From Eledone cirrhosa (taxonomy: Eukaryota): 64,000 bases of DNA. The stretch is from positions 123,690,001-123,754,000 of the forward strand of contig OZ024743.1 of the NCBI GenBank assembly GCA_964016885.1, given 5' to 3'. This document shows positions 11,526 to 27,271 of the stretch, one piece after another. A program made the position numbers and the translations under genes. The notes beneath the pieces are model-generated. The model saw nothing but the letters and a program-made list of their open reading frames with translations, had not been told where the DNA came from and ran no database searches. Position 1 is the first letter of the stretch; every line of letters begins with the position of its first letter.

Positions 11526-12894
11526 GTCCAACACACTAGTATATGTAAATTTAGTATTGGTTGCTTACTTCTCCACACATTTGAAACACCCTAGAAAAAT
11601 GTGGCCATGGGGATTGTTTCTCGAGCAGATTTAGTAGAGCAAGCTGCATTCCATTCGGAATAAGATTCCAGGTCGAAAGATCTGCCCCATTGGAATCAGC
11701 AATATCTAGTCTCACATCTCTGCGTTTGAGCTTAAATTTCTGAAATAAATGCCAAAAGAGTTCTAAGGTTAATTTAATCAGCTATTTTCTTGCAGATGTT
11801 TTCCACAGACGTTGCCATGAGGCCCATACCAAGAATATCTTGATGTAACCACATCGCAAATAAAGAGGTCGTGGAAAACGGCGGAAAATACTAAGAGCTG
11901 TGTTAAGTATGCCCACGAAGAGACCAATGAGGGTTTCTCTTAAGCAAAAAAGACGAAGTAGGCCTGTCAAGACTTGATTTGTGATTGTAAAGAAAAACCT
12001 AAGAGCAGACTTATGACCCTGCTGGATGGGGATCTCAAGTCTCCCAAGGAACTATAAGGAACAGGAGAATTAAACTGTTTCTTTGACTGGAAGCATTTAA
12101 CTTTTGACAAGACAAAAGAACCTGCTATTTGTTGTATTGTTGGTAGACATTATAACGTTAATGCTGACGAGATGTCAACCCCAAATCTCAGATGTAGTAT
12201 CTATTACTGGAAAAGGAAAGTAACTGTATTAACTTTTTCTGAATTTTGTAGCATTACATAGATGAGAAGCTAGTGTATTATCGCTAGCATGTATTTCTCA
12301 TAACAATATTAAGTAAAACTCATAGAATCAAGTTTCTTGTCGGGGGATAAAGCTAAAGTATCAACTCACAAAGTGCGCTGATTATTTAATATCTTATGCA
12401 GTCGCCTATCTCCTTTTATCAAACGTTAAATGAAAAGAAAAAATACTGATTTCCTCTGGTTTGGCATATCCTTTTTGGAAGGAACTATTTCTGTATGGTA
12501 TATAGTAGTGGTAATTGTTTTTGTAAGGGATATATTACTGTTGCTTATTTTATCATCTAGTTCAGTGAACTAGATGATGTCATTCATTTAACTCCATGCT
12601 ATACCACCTTAAAAAAGAAATACTAGCAAAATAATAATATTGATATGATATACGTTGTAGGAAACATATTTGAAATTTCATGTTTAAACAACAACTTCTG
12701 CCTTTCACTCCCTCACTTACTCCGTCTTTTCTTTCACAGAATAGAGCTGATTTCCAAGTGATAAGTGCAAATGATATATGCTGGAGTTACTCAAGTGAAG
12801 ATCAGAAACAAATGTAATTGGCTTAACTAACATATTTCATTCAGCTCAGTCATTTTTCTTTTCATCTTATTTCCATTTCTTCATAATAATGATT

Positions 12895-13520
12895 TGTAAA
12901 CCAAGCTCAAGGCCTGCAATTTATAGGGAGAGGAAAGTCGATTATATCGTCCTCAATATTCGACTGGTACTTTGTTTAATCGACTCTGGAAAGATAAAAG
13001 GTAAAGTTGACCTCGGCGAGATTTGAATTCAGAACGTAAAGAGCCCGAATAAATATTGTTTATCATTTTTCCCGGTGCATTAATGATTCTTCTTATCCAT
13101 CGTACTTGTCATAATAATAGTTTCTGAAATAGGCACAAGGCCAACAATTTGGGGTAAAGAGGAAAGTTGATTGAACCGACAGCACTTTATTTTCTCCACC
13201 ATGGAATGAGGCAAAGCAAATTTGACATAGGCAGAATTTGAGCTCTGAACGAAAGTAATTTAAATTAAATTTAATATTAACAATAAGTTAATTGGGTCAA
13301 TTTCACTTCCCGTTCCTCCGAATATTCATGGCCTTGTGCCAATGTCAGAACCCAATATTAATGATAACAATAACACAATCAACACCATATTAATGATGAA
13401 TTGACAGAAATGGTTCAAAAATGCATTACCATTTTAATATTTAGCCTTCTCTGTCTAAGCTCTGAATTTAAATTCTTCTGAAGGTCAATTTACCTTTCAT
13501 CACTCTAAGATTTGTAAAAC
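12895..13520. mobile_element. Old diverged SINE copies and fragments
   Basis: Partial matches to the SINE core and tail. Confidence 0.6.
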
Positions 13521-13879
13521 AAGAACTACACATGAACTGGAGAAATCAAAGAGGTAAGAGGATGTAGGGTTAATGGATGGATGTGTATTTATATCATTTA
13601 CGATGGTGTTGTCCTGAGAGGCTTCCTGTTTCGAAGGTGGTAGTAGTAGTAGGCCTCTTCATAACCATGGTAATGTTTTAAGATTTTTTTGCTGCTGTTG
13701 CTGCTGATCCTGCTGCTTTTACTGATATTATTGTTAGTTTTGTGATTATGTTAGCACCAGCAAGGGGATTTCTACTATCTTCGCTTGGCGTAAAAAAATC
13801 TGTCTGGGGAGTGGAGGGGTATTATCGCAACTGTAACACCTGGCCCTCTTGTCTCCTATTACAATTCTTGTTACATCCC

Positions 13880-15025
13880 CGATCACCTTGTGGCCTACTA
13901 CTAAATTTCACCTTGCTTACTCACCATAGCATGTCTCATCTGATAATCTGGTTCCTCCAGTCTCACGGCAGCAGGTCACTATGCTCTTCCCTTTTTCTCT
14001 GCCAAGGGCTGGTTGCTTGAAACCAGTTTATACCACACCTGCACAGGTCATCTTTTAGAGTGTAACTCCAAGTCATCTTTGGTCTACCCTTTAGTCTTTT
14101 ACCACCAACTGACAACCATTAAATTGCAGTTCTTGCTGGTATATTGTCCCCCATTCGTAGGACATGCCCTTCCAGCTGCATTCTCCTGCTCCTGATGACA
14201 AGACTTAGGCGTGTGGCATTGGCTTTTCGTATCACATCTTCTTTGTGATCTTATATTGCCATCTTCTTTGTGATCTTTCGGAGGCATCTTTGTTGGAAAG
14301 TATCAAGCTGTTTCTCAGTTCTGGCAGTACTGTTCCATGTGCCAGCAGATAACAATTGACCAGAATAACCTCAATTACATTTGTGATATGAGCGTCTTTG
14401 ATTGCCATATTGATTGGAGTTTGTTAAATACTCCACCACCTTTGTTGTATGTCAGCTTCAGTATTGCCATCTGATGTCTGAACGCAACCAAGATATGTGA
14501 AGTGTTGAACCTCTACTATCTGTTTCCCATTGACTGAAACTTAATATGCTTCACTACTGGCAACTTTCTGTATCTTTGTTTTTGATATTTTTACTCTCAA
14601 GCTAACCTTTTCAGCTGCTTTAACCTGGGTATTTGCCATTGTCCGCATTTCTGTGCAATCGTTTGCGAGAAGAGTTAAGTCATCAGTGGAGTCTAAATCC
14701 ACCAATTTTAATTTTCACATATAAGCCAGCACCAATGAATTCCTCTCCGAGGAGCATGTATGTATGACTTTTTTTTAGCTACGTCTAGCATTAAAACATA
14801 GAAGTATCACATGTCATACGGAATCCTTCACATCTTTCATACATTTCTCGGCGTGTTTGTAGCGTTGTCAACAATTTTTCTTTTTGTATTGACGCATTTA
14901 GAGATCAGGGTCCTTATCGCTTTCTTTTCCACTTCTGGCAGTACAAAAATATCAGTCCTCACAAGGCAGTACTTGTGTTTCTGCCTGCTCACTGCGCTAT
15001 CTTTAAGTGAATGCTTCACCTGCAT
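13880..15025 (-). pseudogene. Degraded RTE-clade LINE, RT C-terminus
   Basis: Minus-strand relics VDLDSTDDLTLLA (DLDFADD-like) and GHVLRMGDNIPARTA...GKRLKGRPKMTW, with stops and frameshifts. Confidence 0.65.
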
Positions 15026-15077
15026 TTGGGTGGGGCTTGTAAATTATGCTGCTTTGTTAATATTGATGGCAACGGCA

Positions 15078-15190
15078 GTGATGACGGTGTCGGTGAAAAT
15101 GATGCTTAAGGTGGTGATGGTGTCGGTGAAAGTGATGCTTAAGTTGGTGATGGTGTCGGTGAAAGTGATGCTTAAGGTGGTGACGATGGT
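15078..15190. repeat. 33-bp tandem repeat, about 3.5 copies
   Basis: Unit gtgatggtgtcggtgaaagtgatgcttaaggtg. Confidence 0.9.
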
Positions 15191-16194
15191 TTATGGAAGA
15201 GTCAATGCTGCTATTGGTTATAGCTTTTACACATGTTGTCTCTAGTTTAAGAGTGATGTAAGGGGCGATGTTATCGCTGCTGCGAATCAAATCGATGCTG
15301 CTGCTGCTGCTGCTGTTGCAGTTGTTTTTGTTGTTGTGTGTTGTTGTGGTTGTGGTTGTTGCTGTAGCTGCTGTTGTTGTTGTTTTGTTGTTTTTTTTTT
15401 TTGTTGTTGTTTCAACTGCTACTGTTGCAGTTAGTGAAATTGCTTCGTCACTATACGTTGACGTCAGTATACCAAGAGAAAATGGTGTAGCAATGGTGTC
15501 ATAACGACCAAACCAATGTTTGTTATCAAATCGAAAAATTCTGAACGTTAGCTCCTCTCTCCCTCTCTTCCCCTCTCTCACTCTCTCTCTTTCTTTCTCC
15601 CTCTCCCCTCTCTCTCTCTCTGTTAACCCTATTTCGCTCCATAACAAACGTTATTATGGTTTTTTTCCCCATTCACTTTTTTAATTTTTTTTTCAGAAAA
15701 ATATCGATCTTCGGAAGAATGCAGATTTCCTGGGCCGACCCCCTCCCCCTCCAATAAATGAGGCTTCTCATCAAAAGAAAAAAAAAACTTCATTTTAATT
15801 ATACTTGTCAGCTTCTGATCAAAATTACAAGAAAAGACAAATTGAACATGTCCATTCTTGAGCAAAAACAACAGAAATGGCTGCGTTAGTTTGCACTATC
15901 AATTAGAAAAAGAATACATGCATGAAAAAAAAAATCAGTTCATAAAAAGGAAGGAAATGAGACGTCACAATAGGGAAACGGCCAAGTACGAATCAAGGAA
16001 CTCCCAGGGTCCAGAATTATCCTGACTAACAATCTGTTATTTAGCCTACAGGTGCATATTGAGGACAGATCCATGTACGCGAGCCATTCCAGCTATTTTC
16101 CTCCACCTCTCATCAAATTCAGTGAAGGACAACAAACCCCATCTCTCCACTCCAACTTCTTAGTGTTGCACTCGAAGGCGTTGATGAGCACCTA

Positions 16195-16197
<3 letters not shown>

Positions 16198-16226
<29 letters not shown>

Positions 16227-16402
16227 TTATCATCACCGTCATAATTATCTCCACCAACGTCATCACCATCATCACCATCATCACCACCATCACCATCATC
16301 ACCGTCATCACCGTTATCACCATCATCACCGTCATCACCATCATCACCATCATCACCATCATCACCGTCATCACCGTTATCACCATCATCACCGTCATCA
16401 CC

Positions 16403-16435
<33 letters not shown>

Positions 16436-16888
16436 ACCGTCATCACCATCATCACCATCATCACCATCATCACCATCATCACCGTCATCACCATCATCAC
16501 CGTCATCACCGCCATCACCGTCATCACCATCACCATCATCACCATCACCACCACCATCATCACCATCATCACCATCATCACCATCATCACCGTCATCACC
16601 ATCATCACCGTCATCACCATCATCACCATCATCACCATCATCACCATCATCACCGTCATCACCATCATCACCATCATCACCATCATCACCGCCATCACCG
16701 TCATCACCATCATCACCATCATCACCATCATCACCATCATCACCATCATCACCATCATCACCATCATCACCATCATCACCATCATCACCATCATCACCAT
16801 CATCACCATCATCACCGCCATCACCATCATCACCATCATCACCATCATCACCATCATCACCGTCATCACCATCATCACCGTCATCACC

Positions 16889-16921
<33 letters not shown>

Positions 16922-17267
16922 ACCATCATCACCATCATCACCGTCATCACCATCATCACCGCCATCACCGTCATCACCATCATCACCATCATCACCATCA
17001 TCACCGCCATCACCGTCATCACCATCATCACCATCATCACCATCATCACCGTCATCACCATCATCACCGCCATCACCGTCATCACCACCATCACCATCAT
17101 CACCATCATCACCGCCATCACCGTCATCACCATCATCACCATCACCATCCGTCATCACCATCATCACCATCATCACCATCATCACCGTCATCACCGCCAT
17201 CACCGTCATCACCATCACCATCATCACCATCACCACCACCATCATCACCATCATCACCATCATCACC

Positions 17268-17300
<33 letters not shown>

Positions 17301-17492
17301 ACCATCATCACCATCATCACCATCATCACCATCATCACCATCATCACCATCATCACCATCATCACCGTCATCACCGCCATCACCGTCATCACCATCACCA
17401 TCATCACCATCACCACCACCATCATCACCATCATCACCGTCATCACCATCTTCACCGTCATCACCATCATCACCATCATCACCGTCATCACC

Positions 17493-17525
<33 letters not shown>

Positions 17526-19235
17526 ACCGCCATCACCGTCATCACCATCATCACCATCATCACCATCATCACCATCATCACCGTCATCACCATCATCACC
17601 GTCATCACCATCATCACCATCATCACCATCATCACCATCATCACCGTCATCACCATCATCACCATCACCATCATCACCATCATCACCATCATCACCATCA
17701 TCATCATCATTATCATCACCATCATCACCATCATCACCGTCATCACCATCATCACCATCATCATCATCATCACCATCATCACCATCATCACCATCATCAC
17801 CATCATCACCGTCATCACCATCATCACCGCCATCACCGTCATCACCATCATCACCATCATCACCATCATCACCATCATCACCATCATCACCATCATCACC
17901 GTCATCACCATCATCACCGTCATCACCATCATCACCATCATCACCATCATCACCGTCATCACCATCATCACCGCCATCACCGTCATCACCATCATCACCA
18001 TCATCACCATCATCACCATCATCACCATCATCACCATCATCACCGTCATCAACATCATCACCGTCATCACCATCATCACCATCATCACCATCATCACCGT
18101 CATCACCATCATCACCGCCATCACCGTCATCACCATCATCACCATCATCACCATCATCACCATCATCACCATCATCATCCTCATCACCATCATCACCGCC
18201 ATCACCGTCATCACCATCATCACCATCATCACCATCATCACCATCATCACCATCATCACCATCATCACCATCATCACCATCATCACCGTCATCACCATCA
18301 TCACCATCATCACCATCATCACCATCATCACCATCATCACCATCATCACCATCATCACCATCATCACCATCATCACCATCATCACCATCATCACCATCAT
18401 CACCATCATCACCGTCATCACCATCATCATTATCATCACCATCATCACCGTCATCACCATCATCACCGTCATCACCATCATCACCGTCATCACCATCATC
18501 ACCATCACCATCATCACCATCATCACCATCATCATTATCATCACCATCATCACCATCATCACCATCATCACCATCATCACCGTCATCACCATCATCACCG
18601 TCATCACCATCATCACCGTCATCACCATCATCACCATCACCATCATCACCATCATCACCATCATCATTATCATCACCATCATCACCATCATCACCATCAT
18701 CACCATCATCACCGTCATCACCATCATCACCATCATCACCATCATCACCATCATCACCATCATCACCATCATCACCATCATCACCATCATCACCATCATC
18801 ACCGTCATCACCATCATCATTATCATCACCATCATCACCGTCATCACCATCATCACCGTCATCACCATCATCACCGTCATCACCATCATCACCATCATCA
18901 CCATCATCACCATCATCATTATCATCACCATCATCACCATCATCACCATCATCACCATCATCACCGTCATCACCATCATCACCATCATCACCATCATCAC
19001 CATCATCACCATCATCACCATCATCATTATCATCACCATCATCACCATCATCACCATCATCACAGTCATCACCATCATCACCATCATCACCATCATCACC
19101 ATCATCACCATCATCACCGTCATCACCATCATCACCATCATCACCATCATCACCATCATCATTATCATCACCATCATCACCGTCATCACCATCATCACCA
19201 TCATCACCATCATCACCATCATCACCATCATCACC

Positions 19236-19268
<33 letters not shown>

Positions 19269-20015
19269 ACCATCATCACCATCATCACCATCATCACCAT
19301 CATCACCATCATCACCGTCATCACCATCACCATCATCACCATCACCATCCGTCATCACCGTCATCACCATCATTACCGTCATCATCACCACCATCACCAT
19401 CATCACCATCATCATTATCATCACCATCATCACCATCATCACCATCATCACCAACATCACCATCATCACCGTCATCACCATCATCACCATCATCACCACC
19501 ATCACCATCATCACCGCCATCACCGTCATCACCATCATCACCATCATCACCATCATCACCATCATCACCATCATCACCATCATCACCATCATCACCATCA
19601 CCATCCGTCATCACCGTCATCACCGTCATCACCATCATTACCGTCATCATCACCACCATCACCATCATCACCATCATCATTATCATCACCATCATCACCA
19701 TCATCACCATCATCACCATCATCACCATCATCACCATCATCACCATCATCACCATCATCACCATCATCACCGTCATCACCATCATCACCATCATCACCAT
19801 CATCACCGTCATCACCATCACCATCATCACCATCACCATCCGTCATCACCGTCATCACCGTCATCACCATCATCACCATCATCATTATCATCACCATCAT
19901 CACCATCATCACCATCATCACCATCATCACCATCATCACCGTCATCACCGTCATCACCATCATCACCGTCATCACCATCATCACCATCATCATCATCATC
20001 ACCACCATCATTATC
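16198..20015. repeat. 3.8-kb CAT/CAC/CGT 9-bp-unit satellite
   Basis: Unit CATCATCAC with variants CACCGTCAT and CATTATCAT. Confidence 0.98.
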
Positions 20016-20784
20016 GTCAGTCTCAGCAGAATCAAGATTATATCTTGAAACCGCACCTGATGCCACTCCTACTTATTACTGTACATCATCTTCTATATTA
20101 TCAGAAACTTAACTTTACTAAAACATATGTCCAAGCCCTGTCGTCACTAATACCCACAGAATATTAGCCACAACATCTTACACCCTTTGTAGGGGGTGTG
20201 ATTAACTTGGTAAATCTTTCACGTATTGCAGCACATTTCCATAAGATTATTTATTAAGTGGACTGAGTTATTAAAAGCAAAATAACATCTCACTCATGGT
20301 GGTGTATTAATAATAATAATGAAATTATTGTGTACGGTGCTCAGGTGCACTACAACTCATCAAAGGTGCATGTATAGTACATAGAATAATATACAAATGT
20401 CGGGAAAATGAACAGTGTATGAGTCATGATATAATAACAACAACAATAATAATAATGAAATATTGTGTACAGTGCCCAGGTGCACCACAACTCATCAAAA
20501 GGTGCATGTACAGTACATAGGGCAATGCACAAACATCAGTAAAAGGAATCTAAAACCATCCCACCCAGCCTCACCTAAAAGACACATGCTAATCCCTGTC
20601 TATTTGAAGCATGCGTAATGAGACGTTCAAATTAATCGTTAATCTTCAGCTAGGCTCAACTATAAAGAATTTACAAAAAATAAAATGACATAATCTTAAA
20701 AAAACTTGAGTGGGAAACTTTGATAACATCTGTGAGCGTATGTGAGAGCATATGTAAGTGTGTCTGAGAAACTGTGTATATATC

Positions 20785-21135
20785 GGAAAAAATGAAACGA
20801 AATTTCATTTCCCACTCTTAGTACGGCTGTTACTTAAACATAAGTATGTACACGTACATACATATATGTATACAGACGTACAGTAGTATGTATATATATA
20901 TATACATACATGCACACATATATATATGTACGTATGGATTCACCGAACATTTATTATAATGCTCGGTGTGTTTGTAAACAAACATCCCGTATTAAGCCGT
21001 AGTGTCCAGCAACCATCGTTGCCCGTTTGTTCAACACTGACAAAGGAACGCTGTACTAGTTTCAAGCTTATTAGCTATCGTCAGCAACGTATACCTTCCT
21101 GCCAGATTGCTGAACGTATATACTTACCTTTATGT
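20785..21135 (-). mobile_element. Linear copy of the ~430-bp HHR repeat family
   Basis: Sequence shared with the 4255, 26356 and 50445 loci. Confidence 0.8.
21049..21089 (-). ncRNA. Type I minimal hammerhead ribozyme
   Basis: Minus strand: cgttg-CTGACGA-tagct aata agctt-GAAA-ctag-TA-cagcg, with a palindromic helix III. Confidence 0.8.
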
Positions 21136-21421
21136 ATCTTTGTTAGTTTGAATAGAGGTATTATATCTACAAGTTACACATCTGGAGAAATGTTAGTAAT
21201 ATGGAACGTGTATATGTATGTGCATACGAGGTTTTATGTATCTATCTACATGATACTCTTTAGATACGCATAAGGTGGTCCTAAACTCTGTTCTGATTGG
21301 ATAATTGGTGTATTATACACAAACACAAACACGCACGCAGAAACACACACACACAAGGACACACATAACACACACACACATATATATACACATATATATA
21401 CATGTATATACATGTATATAC

Positions 21422-21452
<31 letters not shown>

Positions 21453-21497
21453 CATACATATATATATATATACATACATATATATATATATACATAC

Positions 21498-21528
<31 letters not shown>

Positions 21529-21532
21529 ATAT

Positions 21533-21930
21533 AATTGTTTCTACTTTAGGCACAAGGCCAGCAATTACCCAGTGCATTACTGGTACTTTATTTTATCGAC
21601 CCCGTAAGGATGAAAGGCAAATTCAACCTCGGCGGGATTTGAATTCACATCGTAAAGGGACGTAACTATGCTGGAAAGCATGGCGTCCTACCCTCTACCG
21701 ATAATGCCAATCCACCATAAAATATAATATAATATAATATAATATAATATAATATAATATAATATAATTGTTTCTACTGGTACTTTACTGGTACTTTATT
21801 TTATCGACCCCCGTAAGGATGAAAGGCAATATTAACCTCGGCGCGATTTGAACTCAGAATGGCAAGGGGCGTAACTCTATACGTCAAAGCATGGCATCCG
21901 ACCCTCTACCGATACTGCCAATCCACCGCC
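21533..21930 (-). mobile_element. Two SINEs (21533-21716, 21767-21930) separated by (TAATA)n
   Basis: Match to the SINE consensus. Confidence 0.85.
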
Positions 21931-22379
21931 ATCCATATAACATAATATAATATGATATAACATAATATAATATGTAATATAATATAATATGTAATATATG
22001 TGTGTGGCGTGCGCATACATCTGTGGTTTGTAAGCAGCTATTATTACAAAACTAATATTTCTATTTGCGCTCTCTTCTACTAGCACATTACGCACTCGCT
22101 CTGAACAATTCACATTGCATGCATACCCAAAAGCAGAAAGTTATTTCTAGACACACTTCTGCGCATATTTTGTGTGTCGAGTGTAACAAATAGGGAAATT
22201 TAATGGTTGGTGAATAGTATTAAATATGACTTCAAAGGACTAAATTAGTTATATGTTAATATATATATTGTATATGCATTCATTTATATATTACGCTGTT
22301 CATATATATTCGCCGTGAATATATTAATATAACATTGGGAATATATATAATGATATAAATGTATTAATTTTCTATTTAA

Positions 22380-22467
22380 AGTTATATATACATATATGAG
22401 CAGCATACACTCATGCGCACACACACACACGTGTGCACACAAGTACGTACACATACACGCATATATA

Positions 22468-22539
<72 letters not shown>

Positions 22540-22616
22540 TATGCACACACATACATATACATACACACACACACACATATATACACACACATATATGCAC
22601 ACACACATCCACACAC

Positions 22617-22660
<44 letters not shown>

Positions 22661-22800
22661 GTGTGTGAGTGGGTGTATATATATGTGTGTGTGTATATAT
22701 ATATATATATGTATGTGTGTGCATATGCGTGTGTGTGTATATATATATATGTGCGTGTATATATATATATACATACACATGTGTGTGTGCACACACACAG

Positions 22801-22848
<48 letters not shown>

Positions 22849-22890
22849 TGTTATACTTTGGAAGGGTCATGTTGCCTACTCAGAAACGAA

Positions 22891-22926
<36 letters not shown>

Positions 22927-22964
22927 ATATATATGTGTGTGTGTGTGTGTGCGCGCGCACACAC

Positions 22965-22996
<32 letters not shown>
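22380..22996. repeat. Compound (TA)/(CA)/(TG) microsatellite block
   Basis: Directly visible. Confidence 0.95.
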
Positions 22997-22998
<2 letters not shown>

Positions 22999-23186
22999 GA
23001 AAAAGTATGACCCCGACGGCAGAGCTCAAGCCGTTTCGGCGGCTATTTCTGGACAGAAATAGCCGCCGAAACGGCTTGAGGTCTGCCGTCGGGGTCATAC
23101 TTTTTCCTATTACCCACTCTACTACCCTAAGTATTGAGTACTCTGGTGCGTTATGGTCCATCTGGTTCCTTACCACAACTCCTTCG

Positions 23187-23188
<2 letters not shown>
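22995..23188. mobile_element. Fold-back element (palindrome 22995-23110, tail to 23188); family of 2464-2705
   Basis: Inverted repeat plus a tail that is the reverse complement of 2464-2541. Confidence 0.75.
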
Positions 23189-23813
<625 letters not shown>

Positions 23814-23840
23814 GCATATGTATACACACACATATATATA

Positions 23841-24738
23841 TCTATATATATAAAACTGATGTTGTCTGTCTGTGTATGTGTGTCCTCATTTTTGCAAAGT
23901 TTATACAAATCCACATTTCTACTCCGATTGACTTCAAACTTGCATTTATATATTCCTTGCGGTCTAAAGATATTAAGTGAAGCTTTTATTTTTCAATTTT
24001 CTGTTGTTAAAGGGGTCTTAGGCGCCGGTTATCCATCTCCGTCGCGCCCTTATAATATCTGTCTGTATGCCTGCCTGTCTGCATTACGACATTCTGACGA
24101 ACATTGATAACGTATTATGTTCGCTATTTTCCGTTCATTGCCAGGGAACGTCTTCACGAACCAAAGTATCGTATTCCTGTTTTCCTTCGGTTGCAAAGTT
24201 TTTCGAAATATTTACTTCTGCGTTCACAGATTGATGTTTTTAGTTTCAGAAGATCCCGTTAAGGACTTTAATCTTTTATTTTAATCTATATATGTCTAAT
24301 ATATATTTGTGAAATGGGTGGTTGAAATTCAGATGTGCACGGTTAAATGGTAGTAGACGTGGTCGGACTGACATGAAAATTTACACACCTATGTAAAAAG
24401 TGCCAAGGAAGCAAATAGACTAGGTTTCAAATCTCTAACTTAAAAAATGTGGTCCCTGGGGTCCCAAAACTATCGCGTTCGGTGAGTTATTTCCCCCTGT
24501 TCTAATACTTTTGTCTTACAGTAAATAAAGGATTATGAGTTCATGCAATTGTCTTATGTTTCGTCACTATATATATATATATATAATATGAAAACGCTTT
24601 AATAAAAAAAAATCAACTGTAATGTATGTATGCATGTATTTATGTGTTTATATGAGCGGGGATATGCAAGTAATTCTTACTTTTTGGACAGCTTATCCTG
24701 TCTTCTTCAAGAAGAAGAAGAAGAAGAAGAAGAAGAAG

Positions 24739-24769
<31 letters not shown>

Positions 24770-25660
24770 GAGCTGGAGTCCTATCAAATATGTACGTTGT
24801 GTCTTAAATTGAAGGTTTAGTAGAAACAATTCATGTATAGTTTTGTACTTTTCTTTTTGTCATTCATATTTACACAGTTATGCAGAATGACCCGAGGAGT
24901 CGTTAGGTCGACTTTCAAGCTACAATCTTCTATGGTTGCGGAGAAAATAGATGAAACAGGAATCTCCCATTCAAATTGAACTGAGAGTAATCTGTGAACG
25001 CAGAAGTAATTATTTCGAGAAACGTTGCAACCGAACGAAAACAGGAAGACGATATTTTGGTTCGTGAAGACGTTCCCTGGCAATGAACGGGAAAAAAGCG
25101 AGGATAATACGTCGTTATGTGGAGCGTGAAGAACAATTTCATGCAAAGACAAGACCAAGTTTATGGTATAAATGGAGTCGTTAGACTAATATCCTATTTA
25201 AAATAAGAGAATGATTTCCAGCCCCGGAGTTTAGGAATGATGTAAATAAAATTGAAAACGAAAATGACAGGTTATTAAAATAGTAAAAGTAAATAGTGAA
25301 GATTTAGGCCAGTATATACGTATGCCCCGACGGACATACACATACATACGCACACACAAATACAAACCCCCCCCACACACACACACACACACATGAACGC
25401 ACGCGCGTATGTATAAACCTTATGCATTTCTACAGTATTTTCACCAAACTTGACACATGGGCTACGTTTGTCCTACAGATGAATGTGAACTCTCAGAATT
25501 GGCACATATTGGGTAGGGGACCCCTGAGTGCAGGAACCCCCTTTTGGGAAAAGCCGATGATTTTGTAAAAGTATAGTTTTCGAAGCAGCACTGAAGTATT
25601 GACATAAATGGTATACACAATTGCTATTTAATATCCGAGCAATCCCGGGTACCTCTGCTA
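23841..25660 (+). mobile_element. Composite or nested non-autonomous Helitron-like sequence
   Basis: 5' TCTATATATATAAAA...GTCTGTCTG start; 3' hairpin ccgagcaatcccggg followed by CTAG; internal boundaries uncertain. Confidence 0.5.
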
Positions 25661-25733
25661 GTATATATATAAAACTGAGTAAGGATGTATGTATGTATGT
25701 ATGTATGTATGTATGTATGTATGTATGTATGTA

Positions 25734-25830
<97 letters not shown>

Positions 25831-26276
25831 AACCCGAGAAGTACCCAACCGATCTTTTTCAGACTTTACATGTATATTACTTATATTTCAGGGAGTGTTA
25901 TGCACATAAAAAATTCAACTTTTTGATCCCCTAGGGCTCGCATTAGGTGAAAAACGTTTTGAGGCGTTACGTCAGACCGATTTCCTTGAAATTGTAACTA
26001 TGTATTAGTCAGTCTCTTCTTCATACCGTGAGCAAAGAAAATCCAACTTTTTTATGGCCTAGGACCCGTATTAGGTGAAATTTTCCCAATTTTTCCCGAA
26101 ATTTCAAGGCATTTTATGCACATAAAAAAAAATGATTTTCTTGATCCCATTAGGTGAAAACCTGTCTTTTTCCTTTATTTACGTATTGTCGAGGCATGTA
26201 GTTTTTCCACGATTAGGTCTGTTGGCAGCCTGCGTTCCAAAATGCCTTATCCCGTGCAACGCCGGGTACCACTGCT

Positions 26277-26279
<3 letters not shown>
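25661..26279 (+). mobile_element. Non-autonomous Helitron; same family as 59857-61200
   Basis: 3' hairpin CCCGTGCAACGCCGGG followed by taccactgCTTG (CTAG variant); internal homology to 59860-60380. Confidence 0.7.
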
Positions 26280-26355
<76 letters not shown>

Positions 26356-26358
<3 letters not shown>

Positions 26359-27128
26359 TATGTATGTATGTATACGTACATACGTATATGTATACAGACG
26401 TACAGTATATGTATATATATATACATACATGCACACATATAAACATGCACGTATCGGTTTACCGAACATTTATTATAATGCTCGATTTGTTTGTTTGTAA
26501 ACAAACAAACAGCCCGAATTGCGCCGTACAGTGTTTAGGCAACCACGTCACCTTTTTGTTCAACACTGACACAGGAACGATGTATTAGTTACAAGCTTCT
26601 TAGCTATCGTCAGCATCGTATACCTTCCTGCCAGATGGTTGAACGTCTGAAAATATATATTTTACTTATGCATATTAACGGTTGAGCAGCCTAATTTGCA
26701 TATCGAGTGAGTTCACACGATATGCAAATCAGGCTGCTCAGCCGTTAATGTGCATAAGTAAAATATATATTTTCAGACGTTCAACCATCTGGCAGGAAGG
26801 TATACGACGCTGACGATAGCTAAGAAGCTTGTAACTAATACATCGTTCCTGTGTCAGTGTTGAACAAAAAGGTGACGTGGTTGCCTAAACACTGTACGGC
26901 GCAATTCGGGCTGTTTGTTTGTTTACAAACTAACAAACCGAGCATTATAATAAATGTTCGGTAAACCGATACGTGCATGTATATATGTGTGTATGTATGT
27001 ATATATATATACATACTACTGTACGTCTGTATACATATATGTATGTACGTATACATACATACATACTTGCATTTAAGTAAGTGCCGTACTAAGAGTGAGA
27101 AATGAAATTTCGTTTCATTCTATTCCAT
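26356..27128. mobile_element. Fold-back copy (arms about 355 bp, centre about 26711) of the ~430-bp family, with variant HHRs at 26578-26618 (-) and 26805-26845 (+)
   Basis: Long inverted repeat; cgatg-CTGACGA-tagct..agctt-GTAA-ctaa-TA-catcg. Confidence 0.8.
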
Positions 27129-27197
27129 TTATATATATATATATATATATATGCACACGCATATATATATACACATACACACACATGCATATAAGTA

Positions 27198-27271
<74 letters not shown>

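Noticed and set aside
15078-15190. CRISPR-like array
   Set aside because: Contiguous tandem units with no unique spacers, no cas genes, eukaryotic context
14811-15647. Hydrophobic 144-aa and His-rich 196-aa ORFs
   Set aside because: Built from a LINE relic, the 33-bp repeat and GTT/GCT/CT microsatellites
16052-20167. 1371-aa His-rich ORF and the antisense MVM/DGD ORFs
   Set aside because: CAT/CAC repeats contain no stops in these frames; the peptide switches between ITI, His and SSP at phase shifts; no domain or other gene evidence
24095-24130. CTGACGA heptamer
   Set aside because: No downstream helix II, GAAA or helix I partner; chance match
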